DNA of 64,000 bases, from contig CM000152.2 of the NCBI GenBank assembly GCA_000004695.1, forward strand, positions 224,001-288,000, read 5' to 3'. Origin of the DNA: Dictyostelium discoideum. Lineage: Eukaryota. Below the pieces are notes generated by a model. It was given only the letters and a program-made list of their open reading frames with translations, did no database searches and was not told where the DNA came from. The translations under genes and the position numbers were made by a program. Positions 47,425 through 63,422 of the stretch are shown here, piece by piece. Each line of letters opens with the position of its first letter. The stretch's first letter is position 1.

Positions 47425-48534
47425 CTAAAATTAGATTTAAAAAAAAATAAAAAAAAAATTAATAATTGGACAATACATTATTGTATAGAAAAAAAAAAAA
47501 AAAAAAAAAAAACCAGTTTAACAAATACATTTTTATATTTTAAATATATTTGATTTAATCTTTCTCTTTCATAACTATTTCTTGATTGATATCCAATTTC
47601 AATATTTGAATATCTGATTTGAACTCTTGATGATGCTATTTTTGAATTTCAAAAAAAAAAAAAAAAAAAAAAAAAAAATGTATAACTAAAATTATTAACT
47701 ATAAATAAAAACAATTATTAAAAAAAAAAGTTTAAAACAGAAAAAAAAAAAATGAGATACAAAGTAAATAAATACTATTGGTAAAAAAATATTTATAACA
47801 TAAAAAGTAAAATAATTATAATTTAAACTAAAAATAATAATATAAAAAAAATAAATAAATAAAAAATTAAATATAAAAAAAAAAAAAGATTAAAACGAGG
47901 TTTAAAAAAAATAAATAAAGAATAATAAACTATTAAAAATAGAACATTGTTATTAAAAATTTTGTTTATCTGTTTTTGCTCTATTAATAAAAATAATTAT
48001 AAAATAATTATTAATAATTTAAAATTTTAACACCAAAAATAAAGCTCACCCTCTCACAAAACTATGTGCTCCCGTATCATTTTCTTTACAACTTTTATAA
48101 ATCATCATTTAATATTAATAATTCAATTTGAACTATTAATAGTGGTAAAAGGGGGTGAAAAAAAAAAAATTTTCAAATATATATTTTTTTTTTTTTTATA
48201 TAATAATCTATGTTTAAACAGAATATAAAAAAAAAAAACCGTTGATAAATGATGGAGTTGAATTATTTGAATTTTTTCTATTTTAATATTTTTTTTTTTT
48301 TTTTGATCACAACCAACATTATTAAATTTTTTTTTTTTTTATTAATTTTTTTTTTATTTTTTTTTTTTATTTTTTTTATTGTTTATATTATATTTATTTT
48401 AATAGTTTTAGAACACAAAAAAAAAAAAAAAAATTGAGTCTTAAAATAACATTTTAAAATATTAAAAATACAAAAAATTGGACATAGTCGAATAAACTTC
48501 CAATTTCTTTTTTTTTTTTTTTATTTATTTTCAT

Positions 48535-48740
48535 TTAATTTCTTTCAATTTTAATTCTAACAGTACCTTTAACATTATTTTTATCATCTTCAAATTTGAC
48601 GACTTCATCAAAAATACCTGATCTTACACGACCCATACTTATAATTTGACGTCCAATGAAATCATTTTTAACTAAATCTTCATCATACAATTCAACTAAT
48701 AAATCATTAACATAATCTTTTACCTTTATATAAAAAATTG

Positions 48741-48782
<42 letters not shown>

Positions 48783-49185
48783 TTTAAAATTAATATATTA
48801 GGTAAAAATTAATAAAAAAATAAAATAAAATAAAATAAAAGATGGATGATCATTTACCTTAATTTTGTCATATTCATTCCATGCTGGATTTAAGGTGGCT
48901 TTCTTTACTGTACTTTTGAATAAAACTTTTGAATATGTACCATCTGTTTTAATTGCTCTAACTTGAACAAAAGGATCAGCTTTTCCTATTAATTTTAAAT
49001 ATAATTAATTTTCAATTTGTTAATAATTATGGTTGTTTGTTTGTATATAAATAATAATGATAATAATAATAATAAAAATTCAAAGATAATAATAAATAAA
49101 TACCATTTAAATCTTGAGCTTCATAAACTATGCCTTGGTAGAGTCCGAATTTGAATTCTTGTTTTGGTTGATTTTCTTTACCCAT
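48535..49185 (-). CDS. Small single-C2-domain protein, three exons, 132 aa.
   Basis: Exon 1 (49185..49104) encodes MGKENQPKQEFKFGLYQGIVYEAQDLN(G); the donor is AATG|GTATTT. Exon 2 (48985..48858) encodes KADPFVQVRAIKTDGTYSKVLFKSTVKKATLNPAWNEYDKIK; the donor is AAG|GTAAAT. Exon 3 (48723..48535) encodes VKDYVNDLLVELYDEDLVKNDFIGRQIISMGRVRSGIFDEVVKFEDDKNNVKGTVRIKIERN*. This matches the C2 pattern (hydrophobic beta1, aspartates DLN/DPF, K-T-x-V...NPxWNE, then L.v.l.D.D....D.iG). It is invisible in the ORF track. Confidence 0.65.
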
Positions 49186-49540
49186 TTTCTATTTATATAA
49201 ATTTCTGGTTTTTGGTCGATTTTTTTTTTTTTTTTTTTTTTTTTATGTGATCAAAAAATAAAAAAAAAAAAAAGAAAAAATAAAAAAAAATAAAAATTTA
49301 ATAAAAAAAAAAAAAATTAAGATATTTATTTTCTTTGAAAGTTTTTGTATTAAAAATTATTTGTTAAAGGTTAAAAAAAAGTCTAAAAAACCCCTCCCAA
49401 GTTATTTTTAAAACAATAAAAAATGATTATATGAAACTACAACAAAAAAAAAAAAAAATAAATAATAAAAAATTAAATAATAAAATAATTTTAAATTTTT
49501 TAATTTTTTTTATTTTTTTATTTTTTTATAATTTTTTTTT

Positions 49541-51022
49541 TTAAATACTATAAGTAGTAGAATGAGTTGAACCACCTCTACCAGTCCAATTTACATGAAC
49601 TGGAGCACCTTTTGGATCATCAAGTAACTGGAAGGTATGAGCACCAAAGTAATCTCTTTGAGCTTGAACGAGATTGGCAGAGAGTTTAGCACAACGATAA
49701 CTGTCATAGTAGGAGAGGGCAGAGGTGAAAGCTGGAGTTGGGATACCGTGGAGTACTGAAATTGAGGCAACTTGTCTCCAACCATCTTGAGCGGCAGCTA
49801 ATTTATCTCTGAACCAACAATCGGTTAAAAGATTGTCAAGTTGTGGATTCTTATCAAAGGCTCCCTTGATTTCACCGAGGAAAGTTGAACGAATGATACA
49901 ACCACCTCTCCATAAGAGGGCGATATTACCATAGTTGAGGTTCCATTTATATTCTTTGGCGGCAGCTTTCATCATGGTGAAACCTTGAGCGTATGAAACC
50001 AATTTTGAAGCGAATAAAGCTTGTCTAACGGCTTCGATAACTTGTTCTTTGTCACCTGTGAATTTCTTGTTGGCTTCGTTTGGATTTGGACCAGCGAGAA
50101 TGGTTGAAGCTTTAACTCTTTCCTCTTTGAAAGAAGATACACATCTGGCGAAAACACTTTCGGCAACCAAAGTTAATGGGATACCGACATCTAAAGCATT
50201 GATAGCAGTCCATTTACCAGTACCTTTTTGACCGGCAGAATCTAAAATTGTATCGACAACGTAGGTGTTTGGATCCTTTTCACATTTCTTTGCGAAAATA
50301 TCGGCAGTGATTTCGATTAAATAGCTGTCAAGATCACCAGTGTTCCATTTGGCAAAAGTTTTTTGTAATTCATCATTGCTGAGACCGAGGTAATGTTTGA
50401 GGATGAAATAGGCTTCACTGATCAATTGCATATCACCATATTCGATACCATTGTGTACCATCTTGACGTAATGACCAGCACCACCATCACCAACCCAATC
50501 ACAACATGGTTGATCACCTGGTTGAACTTTGGCAGAGATTGCTTGGAAGATTGGTTTAACATGTTCCCATGCCTTTGGGTTACCACCTGGCATGATTGAT
50601 GGACCGAGGAGAGCACCTTCTTCACCACCAGAAACACCGGTACCAATGAAAAGGATACCCTTGGCATCTAAATCCTTTGTACGACGATCTGAATCGGTAT
50701 ATAATGAATTACCACCATCAATGATGATATCACCCTTTTCTAATAATGGTAATAAGAGTTGAATGAAATGATCAACGACTTCACCAGCTTTAACCATCAA
50801 CATAACTCTACGTGGGGTTTTTAATGATTGAACTAAAGTTTCTAATGAGTGACAACCAATGAATTTCTTTCCTTTACCTCTACCTTGAACAAATTCGTCA
50901 ACTTTGGATGTAGTTCTATTATAGACTGAACATGTGAATCCACGACTTTCCATATTTAATACTAAATTTTCACCCATAACGGCTAAACCAATTAAACCAA
51001 TATCACCTTTTGCTTCTGTCAT
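49541..51022 (-). CDS. gnd: 6-phosphogluconate dehydrogenase, decarboxylating. 493 aa, intronless.
   Basis: It has an N-terminal Rossmann motif GLIGLAVMGENLVLN, the 6PGD signature IIDGGNSLYTDSDRR, GTGVSGGEEGALLGPSIMPGG, and the C-terminal domain ...WTAINALD.GIPLTLV... GC content is distinctly higher than the surroundings, typical of a highly expressed housekeeping gene. Confidence 0.9.
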   Translation of the reverse strand: MTEAKGDIGLIGLAVMGENLVLNMESRGFTCSVYNRTTSKVDEFVQGRGKGKKFIGCHSLETLVQSLKTPRRVMLMVKAGEVVDHFIQLLLPLLEKGDIIIDGGNSLYTDSDRRTKDLDAKGILFIGTGVSGGEEGALLGPSIMPGGNPKAWEHVKPIFQAISAKVQPGDQPCCDWVGDGGAGHYVKMVHNGIEYGDMQLISEAYFILKHYLGLSNDELQKTFAKWNTGDLDSYLIEITADIFAKKCEKDPNTYVVDTILDSAGQKGTGKWTAINALDVGIPLTLVAESVFARCVSSFKEERVKASTILAGPNPNEANKKFTGDKEQVIEAVRQALFASKLVSYAQGFTMMKAAAKEYKWNLNYGNIALLWRGGCIIRSTFLGEIKGAFDKNPQLDNLLTDCWFRDKLAAAQDGWRQVASISVLHGIPTPAFTSALSYYDSYRCAKLSANLVQAQRDYFGAHTFQLLDDPKGAPVHVNWTGRGGSTHSTTYSI

Positions 51023-51850
51023 TTTTATTTATTTATTTATTTTTATTTTTTTTATTTTATTTTTATTTATTTTTATTATTATAAATGTATATTTGTATAT
51101 AACCAAATAATATTAATACACACCAAGAGAATGAAAATATTAAAAAAATTAAAAAAAAAAAAAATTAAAATTTTTTATTTTTTTTATTTTTTTTTTTTTT
51201 TTGAAGAACACCCCAATTTAATTAAAAAAAAAAAAAATAAATAAAATAAAAAAAAATAAATTCCGATCAAAAATTTGTTTCGGGAATATTTCGGCCAACC
51301 TGTCATGGTTTTTTTTCATATTCATGAATATTAATAAAAAAAAAAACTAAAAAAAAATTTATTATTTTGTGTATGGGAATTGTCAATTCTGGTATTATAA
51401 TCTATTTTGAATGCGTCCTGTTCTTCATATTAATTAAAAAAAGATAATAAAAAAAAAAAAAAAAAAAAAAAAAATTCAAAAAAATTCAAAAAAAAATAGT
51501 AATAAAAAAAAAAGAAACACTATCTAAAAGTTCAAACTCCAAATTAAAATTAAACCACACAGCATATAATTTTATATGTGAAAAATAATAAATTGTTTTT
51601 GGTAAAAAAAATAAAAAAAAATAAAATTAAAGCCATCATTGAAATAAAAAAAAAAAAAAAAAAAAAATAAAGAAACTTTCAAAATGAATGGAATTGGACC
51701 AATAATTTTAATAATATAATCAAAAAAAAATAAAATAAAATAAAAATAAAAATAAAAGTGAACTTCAAAATTCTATAAATAAAAAATAGTTAATTTTGGA
51801 TTTTTTTTTTTTTTTATTTTTTTTTTAAAATTATTTCCACTTTTGAATTG

Positions 51851-51896
<46 letters not shown>

Positions 51897-52801
51897 AAAT
51901 AAAGGGTTTTAAAAAAATATCGAAATATAAAAAGAAAAAAAAAAAAAAATAAATAAATAATAATAAAAGATTTGTTAAAAAAAATTTTTTTTTTTAATTT
52001 TTTTAAATTTTTTTTTTTTTTTTAATTTTTTTTTATTTTTTTTTTTATTTTTTTTTTTTTAATTTTTATTTTTTTTTTTGAATCAACTATCTATGACATA
52101 CAATAATATACAACACCAATAATATTACTATTATAAAAAATTTATTATTTATATAGTATTTGTTTTATTATTTGTTTTTTAATATCACTTTCACTTACCA
52201 TTTTTAGACTTTTTTTTTGTGTGTTTGTTTTCAACTTAAAAAAAAAACCACCAAAGTTTCAGACCTTGCTATTTATTTTTAAATATATTATTCTAAACAC
52301 AAAAAAAATAAAATAAAAATAAAAATTAAAATTAAAATAAAAATAAAAATAAAATAATATATTAGTACTCTTTTTTTTTTTTTTTTTTAAATAAAATATA
52401 TTTTTTTAATAGTTATAAAATAATTATAATTATAATAGTTAGTTAAACAATTAAATTTTCAAATCTAGATTGTATTTTTTGTGTGGGATTCAAAAAAAAA
52501 ATAAAAAAAAATAAAATAATAATAATAAAAAAAAAAAAAAAAAAATTAATTTTTTTTTTTTTTCTCTTCCATATTTATTAATACTACACACATGTACCAT
52601 ATATAAAATAAAATTTCTTATCATTAGAAACTTTAAAATTCAATATCATACTTCTTTTCTATTAAATTTTTCTTTTTTTTTTTTTTTTTTTCAAAAATAA
52701 AATAACAACATACATAAACACACACACACACATACATACATACATACATACATAGATCAAACACATACACATAAATAATTATATTGTATATATAAATTTA
52801 A

Positions 52802-54197
<1,396 letters not shown>

Positions 54198-54390
54198 ACG
54201 AAAAAAAAAAAAAAAAAACTAACAAAAAAAAAAAAACAAAAAAAAAAAAACAAAAACCCATTTATATATATATTTTGTGTAAAATTGATAAATACTAAAC
54301 TATTTATTATATGTTTTTTTTTATAGAAAAAAAAAAAAAAAAAATTTAGTTAATTATTATAATTATAATAATAATAATATCAATTAAAGC

Positions 54391-54421
<31 letters not shown>

Positions 54422-54741
54422 TATGAAGATATTTTCAAATCTATTTTTGTTTTTTTTTTTTTCTAAAAATAAATTAAAAAAAAATAATAAACATTATGCT
54501 CAAATTAACATTTATAAACCATTTCAGATCTGTTTTTTTTTTTTTTTTTTTTTTTTGAAAATTTTTTAATTTTTTTTTTTTTTTTTTAATTGATTTTCAT
54601 TGTTTGGTTTTAAATATCTTATCATTTTTATTATTATTATTATTTTTTTTTTTTTTTAAAAACATAAAAAAGGAGATTAAATAATTTTTTTTTTTTAAAA
54701 TTAGTTGAAATCAAAGAAAAAAAAAAGAAAAAAAAATAAAG

Positions 54742-55896
54742 ATGTTCAAATTTACTGAAGATGAGGATATTTTTTTTTCAAAATATTATGTAGATGGACA
54801 ATGTATTAAAGAATTAAGTAATACACAAATTATTGGACAAATTAAGAAAAGAGACCCTTTATTTGCAGGTACAAAATTAAATAAAATACCATTATTAGAT
54901 ACATTAGTTGAATTACTTGATAAAGAGAAACAAAAAATGAAAACACCAACAAAAAATAATGGTACAAATGGTCAAACACCATCTAAAAAGAGAAGTAATC
55001 AATCTACAGTTAATGAAACAAGTTTTCAAGGTTCCAATAAAAAACGTAATACCAGAGAAAATTCATATGATAATCATCAAGTTGAAGAAGAAGCAGAGCA
55101 AGAAGATGTTGAGGAAGAAGATAGTTTTAAATTACCAAAAGAAATTGATCAATTAGGTATCAAAGAATTGGAATCAATTTTAAGAACTAAAAGATTAAAA
55201 CAAGAATTAGATTTTAAAAATAAAGAAATTAATTCATTAGAAAATAAAGTTAGAGAGCTTGAAAAAATTGCTGCAAAAAGTCCAGCAAAAGTAGGAACTC
55301 CATTAAAATCCACCCCACAAAGAGCACCAAATTCCAATGATACACCACCACCAAGATCAAATTCCTCACAAACCACCGAAACATTGATTGTAAAACCTGA
55401 AGATTTAAATAGTACTTTCGCATTGAAAATATATAATAAAGTTAGCAAAGGTTTCAATTTTCACAAGGTTGCACATAAATTAGCAAGTGATTACCATATG
55501 GATGCCGAAACCATTGCAAAGATTCAAAAGGAGTTTACTAAATTCATGGTTCTAAAGGTGTTAGATAATGACTATGATGTTAAATTGCCATCAAAGTTAG
55601 CACCACCACCATTGATTCACAAATTTTGGAAAACTCTTTGCTTGGATTCCTTTGGTTATTGTCAATTCCTTAAGGTTTTGGGTGTAAATGTTCATCATAA
55701 ATACGACGAAAATGAAGATAGATTAGATTATATTAGAACTAGAGATTTGTATAGAGATTATTTCCCAAATTCAGTCTCTGAATTAGATCATAAGAATATT
55801 ATGGAAAATGGTAGTTGTTGGCCATGGGATTACTTGGTACCAACTCCACCACAATCACCACACTCAAAACCCTCAACTCCTTCAAAAAGAAAATAA
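54742..55896 (+). CDS. Hypothetical protein, 384 aa, with a basic/acidic low-complexity N-half and a conserved-looking C-half.
   Basis: A single ORF MFKFTEDEDIFFSKYYVDGQCIKELSNTQIIGQIKKRDPLFAGTKLNKIPLLDTL... with an acidic stretch EEEAEQEDVEEED. The C-terminal part (...FWKTLCLDSFGYCQFLKVLGVNVHHKYDENEDRLDYIRTRDLYRDYF...) is not low-complexity. I cannot assign a family from memory. Confidence 0.45.
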   Translation: MFKFTEDEDIFFSKYYVDGQCIKELSNTQIIGQIKKRDPLFAGTKLNKIPLLDTLVELLDKEKQKMKTPTKNNGTNGQTPSKKRSNQSTVNETSFQGSNKKRNTRENSYDNHQVEEEAEQEDVEEEDSFKLPKEIDQLGIKELESILRTKRLKQELDFKNKEINSLENKVRELEKIAAKSPAKVGTPLKSTPQRAPNSNDTPPPRSNSSQTTETLIVKPEDLNSTFALKIYNKVSKGFNFHKVAHKLASDYHMDAETIAKIQKEFTKFMVLKVLDNDYDVKLPSKLAPPPLIHKFWKTLCLDSFGYCQFLKVLGVNVHHKYDENEDRLDYIRTRDLYRDYFPNSVSELDHKNIMENGSCWPWDYLVPTPPQSPHSKPSTPSKRK

Positions 55897-55946
55897 TCTT
55901 ATCAATTAATTTCAAACATTCTCCGTTGAACTAAAAATAGATATTT

Positions 55947-55982
<36 letters not shown>

Positions 55983-56165
55983 AATAAGTCTTACAACTTT
56001 TAAAAAAAATGAAATGGTTTTTTTTTTTTTTTTTTTGATTTTGTTTTATCTATAATTTTATACATTTAAATGTATAAAAAAAAGTTTTTGTCTATAATTA
56101 ATAAATTTAAAACAAGTTTTTTTTTTTTTTTTCTATAATTTTGATTGGTTTTTTTTTATTTTAAT

Positions 56166-58714
<2,549 letters not shown>

Positions 58715-59109
58715 TTTTTTTAATTGACAAAAAAAAAAAGCACAAGGCGCGCTGTTAAATTGAAAAAGTAATTTAAAAAATTTAAATGAAAGAAAAAAAA
58801 AAAAAAAAATAAAAAATAAATAAATGAAAAATTCAAAAAAAAAAAAAAAAAAAAAAAAATTTAAAAAAAGTAAAAAAAATTATTAAAAAATAAAAATTAT
58901 ATTAAATAAGGTAATATAATATAATTAATTTAAATTATTTAAATTATTTTTTTAAAATTATAAATTGATTTCTTTAATTATCAAATTATTTTTTTTTTTT
59001 ATAAAAAAAAAAAAAAGAAAAAAAAAAAAAAAAGAAAATTTATTTTTTTATTTTTCATTTTCAATTTTTGTAAAAACATATCATTTTATTATTTGTATAA
59101 AAATACTTT

Positions 59110-59160
<51 letters not shown>

Positions 59161-59163
<3 letters not shown>

Positions 59164-59844
59164 TCAATTAATTTAGATAATGAAGAATTAAAAAATGAAG
59201 ATTTAGTTGCAAATATGAGAAAAGATTATAGAATGGGAGAATTAAAAGAAGAAGGATTATTAGAATCACCATTTAAAATGTTTGATATGTGGTTAACTCA
59301 AGAGATTGAATTGAAAAATGAAGGAGCAGAACCAAATGCATTCACATTAGCAACATGTTCAATAGAAAGAAAACCATCAGCAAGAGTTGTATTATTAAAA
59401 CATTTTGATCATCAAGGATTTGTATTCTATACAAACTACAATAGTAGAAAGAGTAAAGAGTTATCAGAGAATCCATTTGCGTCAATGACATTCCTTTGGA
59501 CACAAAAACAAGTTAGAATTGAGGGTAGTGTTGAAAAAGTCGATCGTTTAGAGAGTGAAAAATATTTTAAATCACGTCCACGTAGTTCACAAATTGGTGC
59601 ATGGGTATCAGAATTTCAATCATCAGAAGTAACCAAACAACATTTAGAAGAGAAAACAATTGAAATGGAGAATAAATTCAAAGATCAAGAAGTACCTTTA
59701 CCACCATTTTGGGGTGGTTGGAGAATTAAACCTTATGCTTTTGAATTTTGGCAAGGTAAAAGTGGTAGAATTCATGATAGATTTAAATACGTTCCAACTG
59801 ATTCAAATAATGATAATTGGATTACAAAGAGATTATCTCCATAA
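59161..59844 (+). CDS. Pyridoxamine/pyridoxine 5'-phosphate oxidase (PNPO / PdxH family, FMN-binding). 227 aa, intronless.
   Basis: Family signatures are present: ATCSIERKPSARVVLLKHFDHQGFVFYTNYNSRKSKEL..NPFASMTFLW...RQVRIEG.VEKV...ESEKYFKSRPRSSQIGAWVS.QS....R..LE......KF....VP.PPFWGGWRIKPYAFEFWQG...RIHDRFKY. This matches PdxH, including the C-terminal WGGxR...EFWQG...RLHDR block. Confidence 0.85.
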
Positions 59845-59983
59845 AAAAAATATATTAAAATATACAATTTAACATTTAATCTTTATATTATTATTTGTTA
59901 ATTTTAATTTTTATTTTATTTGTTAATTTTTTTTTTTTATTATTATTATTTATTATTATTATTATTTATTATTATATTTCTTC

Positions 59984-62396
59984 CTAAGGTATATTATTGA
60001 ACATACCCTTTGATTCACTACATTGACTTCCATCATTTGAAACTTTAATGTTAACATTTGAAGGTTGATTTGGTGCATTTGGTGGTACCTGACAAATGAT
60101 AGTACCTTGTTCATAAAAAGTGGCAGTTACACTAGTTGAACCAAAATAAACTTTTAGATCACCTGTATTTGAAAAGTTTGAACCTAGAATTACAACTCTT
60201 GTACGAGCTTTTGCTGATGCTGGAATAATTTCGCTAACAGTTGGTGGAAATGGTACTATAATAATAATAATAATAATAAATAAATAATAAATGATAATTA
60301 GTATATATGCATATTTTTAAACTATTTTAAAATAAAAAAAAAAAAAATTTACCATCTTGTTTATCAATTAAATAAATTGTATGAGAGAATACTTCAATTG
60401 GATCAGAAAGTACAGTTGCTTCAGGAAAAGTTTGAGATTCATTTGATATATATTTTTTTAAAACAAATTTTAATCTAAAAAGTGTTCTTAATTGTTGAGT
60501 AGTTGATAAAATTTTTAATTTTTTGAAAGGAGCGAAACCACCAGTGATACGTGATGTCTTTGTACCATCGATATAATTGACCAATTCAGTTTGATTATCA
60601 TTTCTTAATAGGGTTACTTCGACATAGAAATTTGAGAAATTCTCTGTATCTACACCAGGTCCACAAATCATAACTTGTGGGAAAGGTTTTAAAATTCTTT
60701 GATAAACAGTTTTTGGTGGTGGTTGTCTTGCAATCTTTAAATAAAAACAATCTGATGGATTATTATTATTATTATTATTATTTGGTGTTATCGCTAATTG
60801 ACGTTGTGGTGTTTGAGTTGGTTGTGATGATGATTTTGATACAGGTGTTGTTAAATTTGGTGTTGATGGTACTGACATAATTGGTGATAGTGGTTCTTTA
60901 TAATTATTTATAAATGGTGAAGATGGAGCGGATGAATTTTCAAAATTATTATTATTACTTTGTACAGGTGAGGTTGGTATTTCTACAGATATATTATTTA
61001 TATTATTATTATTATTATTATTATTTATACTATTTATATTACTATTATTATTATTATTATTATTCCCATTATATATTGGCATTGGTAATGAAATATTATT
61101 ACTACTATTATTATTACTATTATTATCATTTAATTTATTTTGCGGTATTATTGTATTATTTAAAATGTTATTATTTTTATTATTATTATTTTCATTTGTA
61201 AATGTTACACTTGTTGCTAAAATTCTTTTTAAATCTAAAACTGTTGAAGAATCTAATTGAAGTAATGCTAATAGGACAGCTAATAATTTTTTAGATAAAT
61301 TTGAAAACCAATGATGAAATAAGTAAAGATCAGATAGAGGTAACGAGATGATACCAGCAACGAAATGAATGATATCGATTGGTATTGAAGAATCTAAAGA
61401 CATGATTTTTTGAATGTGTAAATAGGTGTTTGAGAGGGACTGATCACCACCCAATGACTGATTGAAAATTCGTAACCTATCAAATGAGGCCAATCTAAAA
61501 TATTCTTGAACATTTAGAAAGAAATTGAATTGAAACTGTGGTGAACCTGGTGGAATGATATTATTGGTTAAATGAAACAATTGCAAATAGCTTATCTTGC
61601 ATAGTAAGTTTGCCAATTCTTTGAAATCCATAAACAACTTGAATGCATGGTTATTCGGATCCTGTAAATAGGTGCTATGATTGGCGATACTCAACAATGG
61701 TATCATCTGTGGCATATCGCTAAACATCTTACTTAACAATGGGAATCGCAATTCCTCGGTCAAATGAGGTTGTAACACCTTACAGAGGAAGAATAAATGT
61801 TGAATGGATTCATGTGCTAATGTCTCCAAATTGCTCAACAACTCGGTCAATTCAGTATTAATATCACCTGTTATAAATGTTTGTTCCATTTGTTGGATTT
61901 GTTGTTGTAATCTTTGAATTTCATTTTGTTCTTGTTGTAACTTTTGTTGTTGTTGTTGCTGTTGTAATAGTAATTCATTTTGTTGTTGCTGTTGTTGTGC
62001 TGCTATTGCTGCTTGTTGTTGAGCTTGTTGTTGTTGTTGAGTTTGTAATAACTGTTGTAATTGTGCTGCTTGTTGTTGTTGTAAAAGTTCAGCTTGTTGT
62101 GTTGCTTGTTGTTGTTGTAATAATTGTTGAGCTTGAATTAATAATTGTTGATGATGTTGTGTTGATGGTTGTGGTTGTGGTGGTAGTTGTTGATGATGAT
62201 GGTGGTGATGATGATGATTGTTTTGTTGTTGTTCAAGTTCAAGTTGATGTGAAAATTCACTAAATGAAGTTAAATTATATCTATTATTTACATTACTAAC
62301 ACTATTATTTAATCCGTATTGATTTGCAAACCCTGTTAAATCAATAGATTGTGATAATCTAAAGCTATCAAATGAGAAATTGTCTGAATTTGACAT
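59984..62396 (-). CDS. Putative transcription regulator, two exons, about 771 aa. It has an N-terminal helical region and Q-rich and N-rich linkers. A Rel-homology-like beta-sandwich segment precedes a C-terminal IPT/TIG domain.
   Basis: Exon 1 (62396..60353) ends at donor GATG|GTAAAT; the ORF tail ...GKFFFFLF is intron read-through. The intron is 97 nt and the acceptor is attattatag. Exon 2 (60255..59984) encodes VPFPPTVSEIIPASAKARTRVVILGSNFSNTGDLKVYFGSTSVTATFYEQGTIICQVPPNAPNQPSNVNIKVSNDGSQCSESKGMFNNIP*, a textbook IPT/TIG Ig-like domain (P.I..i.P..g...GGT.v.i.G.nF......V.FG......f......l.C..P). Immediately upstream, ...CFYLKIARQPPPKTVYQRILKPFPQVMICGPGVDTENFSNFYVEVTLLRNDNQTELVNYIDGTKTSRITGGFAPFKKLKILSTTQQLRTLFRLKFVLKKY resembles the N-terminal Rel-homology/NFAT-like DNA-binding segment (L.I.eQP....YR......P). 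Confidence 0.55.
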
Positions 62397-62964
62397 TTAT
62401 TTATTTTATTATTTTATTCTATTTTATTTATTCCCTACTTATTTTTATTATTTTTATTATTATTTATTTATTTTTTTAATTATAATTTTTTTTTATTGTT
62501 TTATTAGTATAAAACAAATAAAAAAAAAAAATAAAAAAAAAAAACTTCAAATAATTTTTTTTTTTTAAAAAATTATTTTTTACTTTTTAATTAAATTTAG
62601 TTATTTAGATTTTTTTTTTTCTTTGGTTGACGGATGAGGGGATAGTGTAAAATAATATGAAAAAAAAATTTGAAAAATTTTAAAAAAAAAAAATAAAAAA
62701 AAATTGGAAAAAAAAAAAAAAAAAAAATTCAAAAAAAAAAATAAAATAAAATAAAATAAAAAAAAAAAAAATTCAACCGTTGTGATTTTGAAGTTTGTAT
62801 GAGCGATTAAGGGTTCATATAAAAAGTGTTTAAAAAATAAAATAAAATAAAATAAAAATAAATAAAAAAAATAAATAAAGATATAATCGGTGTGAAATTT
62901 TTTTTTTTTTTTTTTTTTTAAATGGTTTTATTTAAAAATGATACTAAAAAACACTTTCTCTGTG

Positions 62965-62995
<31 letters not shown>

Positions 62996-63041
62996 GTAAA
63001 TAGATTTGAAATTGATATTTTTTGTGATTGGCAGGAAATTT

Positions 63042-63076
<35 letters not shown>

Positions 63077-63422
63077 ATTTACTAATTGTTTAAATTCTTT
63101 ATAAAACAACCCATTTTTTTCATTTCGGTTGGTTAAAAAAAAAAAAAAAAAAAAAAATAAATAAATTATAAAAAAAAAAAAAAAAATATCTTTAACAAAT
63201 CGAGAAATTTTTATACTAATTTATTTCTTTTATTGTTATTATGTTTTTTTTTATTTGTATTTTGCTTAAACTTTTTATTTTTATTTTATTTTATTTTTTT
63301 TTTTTTTTCATTTTTTTTTTTTTTTTTTTTTTTTTGTTTTTGATTACAACTTTTTCGGTATAAATTTATTTTTATTTTTATTATTATTTATTTAATTTAA
63401 TTTATTTTTAATTTATTTTATT

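Noticed and set aside
60327-60352. ORF tail ...GKFFFFLF at the end of the 689-aa ORF
   Set aside because: It starts exactly at a GATG|GTAAAT donor. It is intronic read-through, and the real continuation is the IPT exon at 60255..59984.
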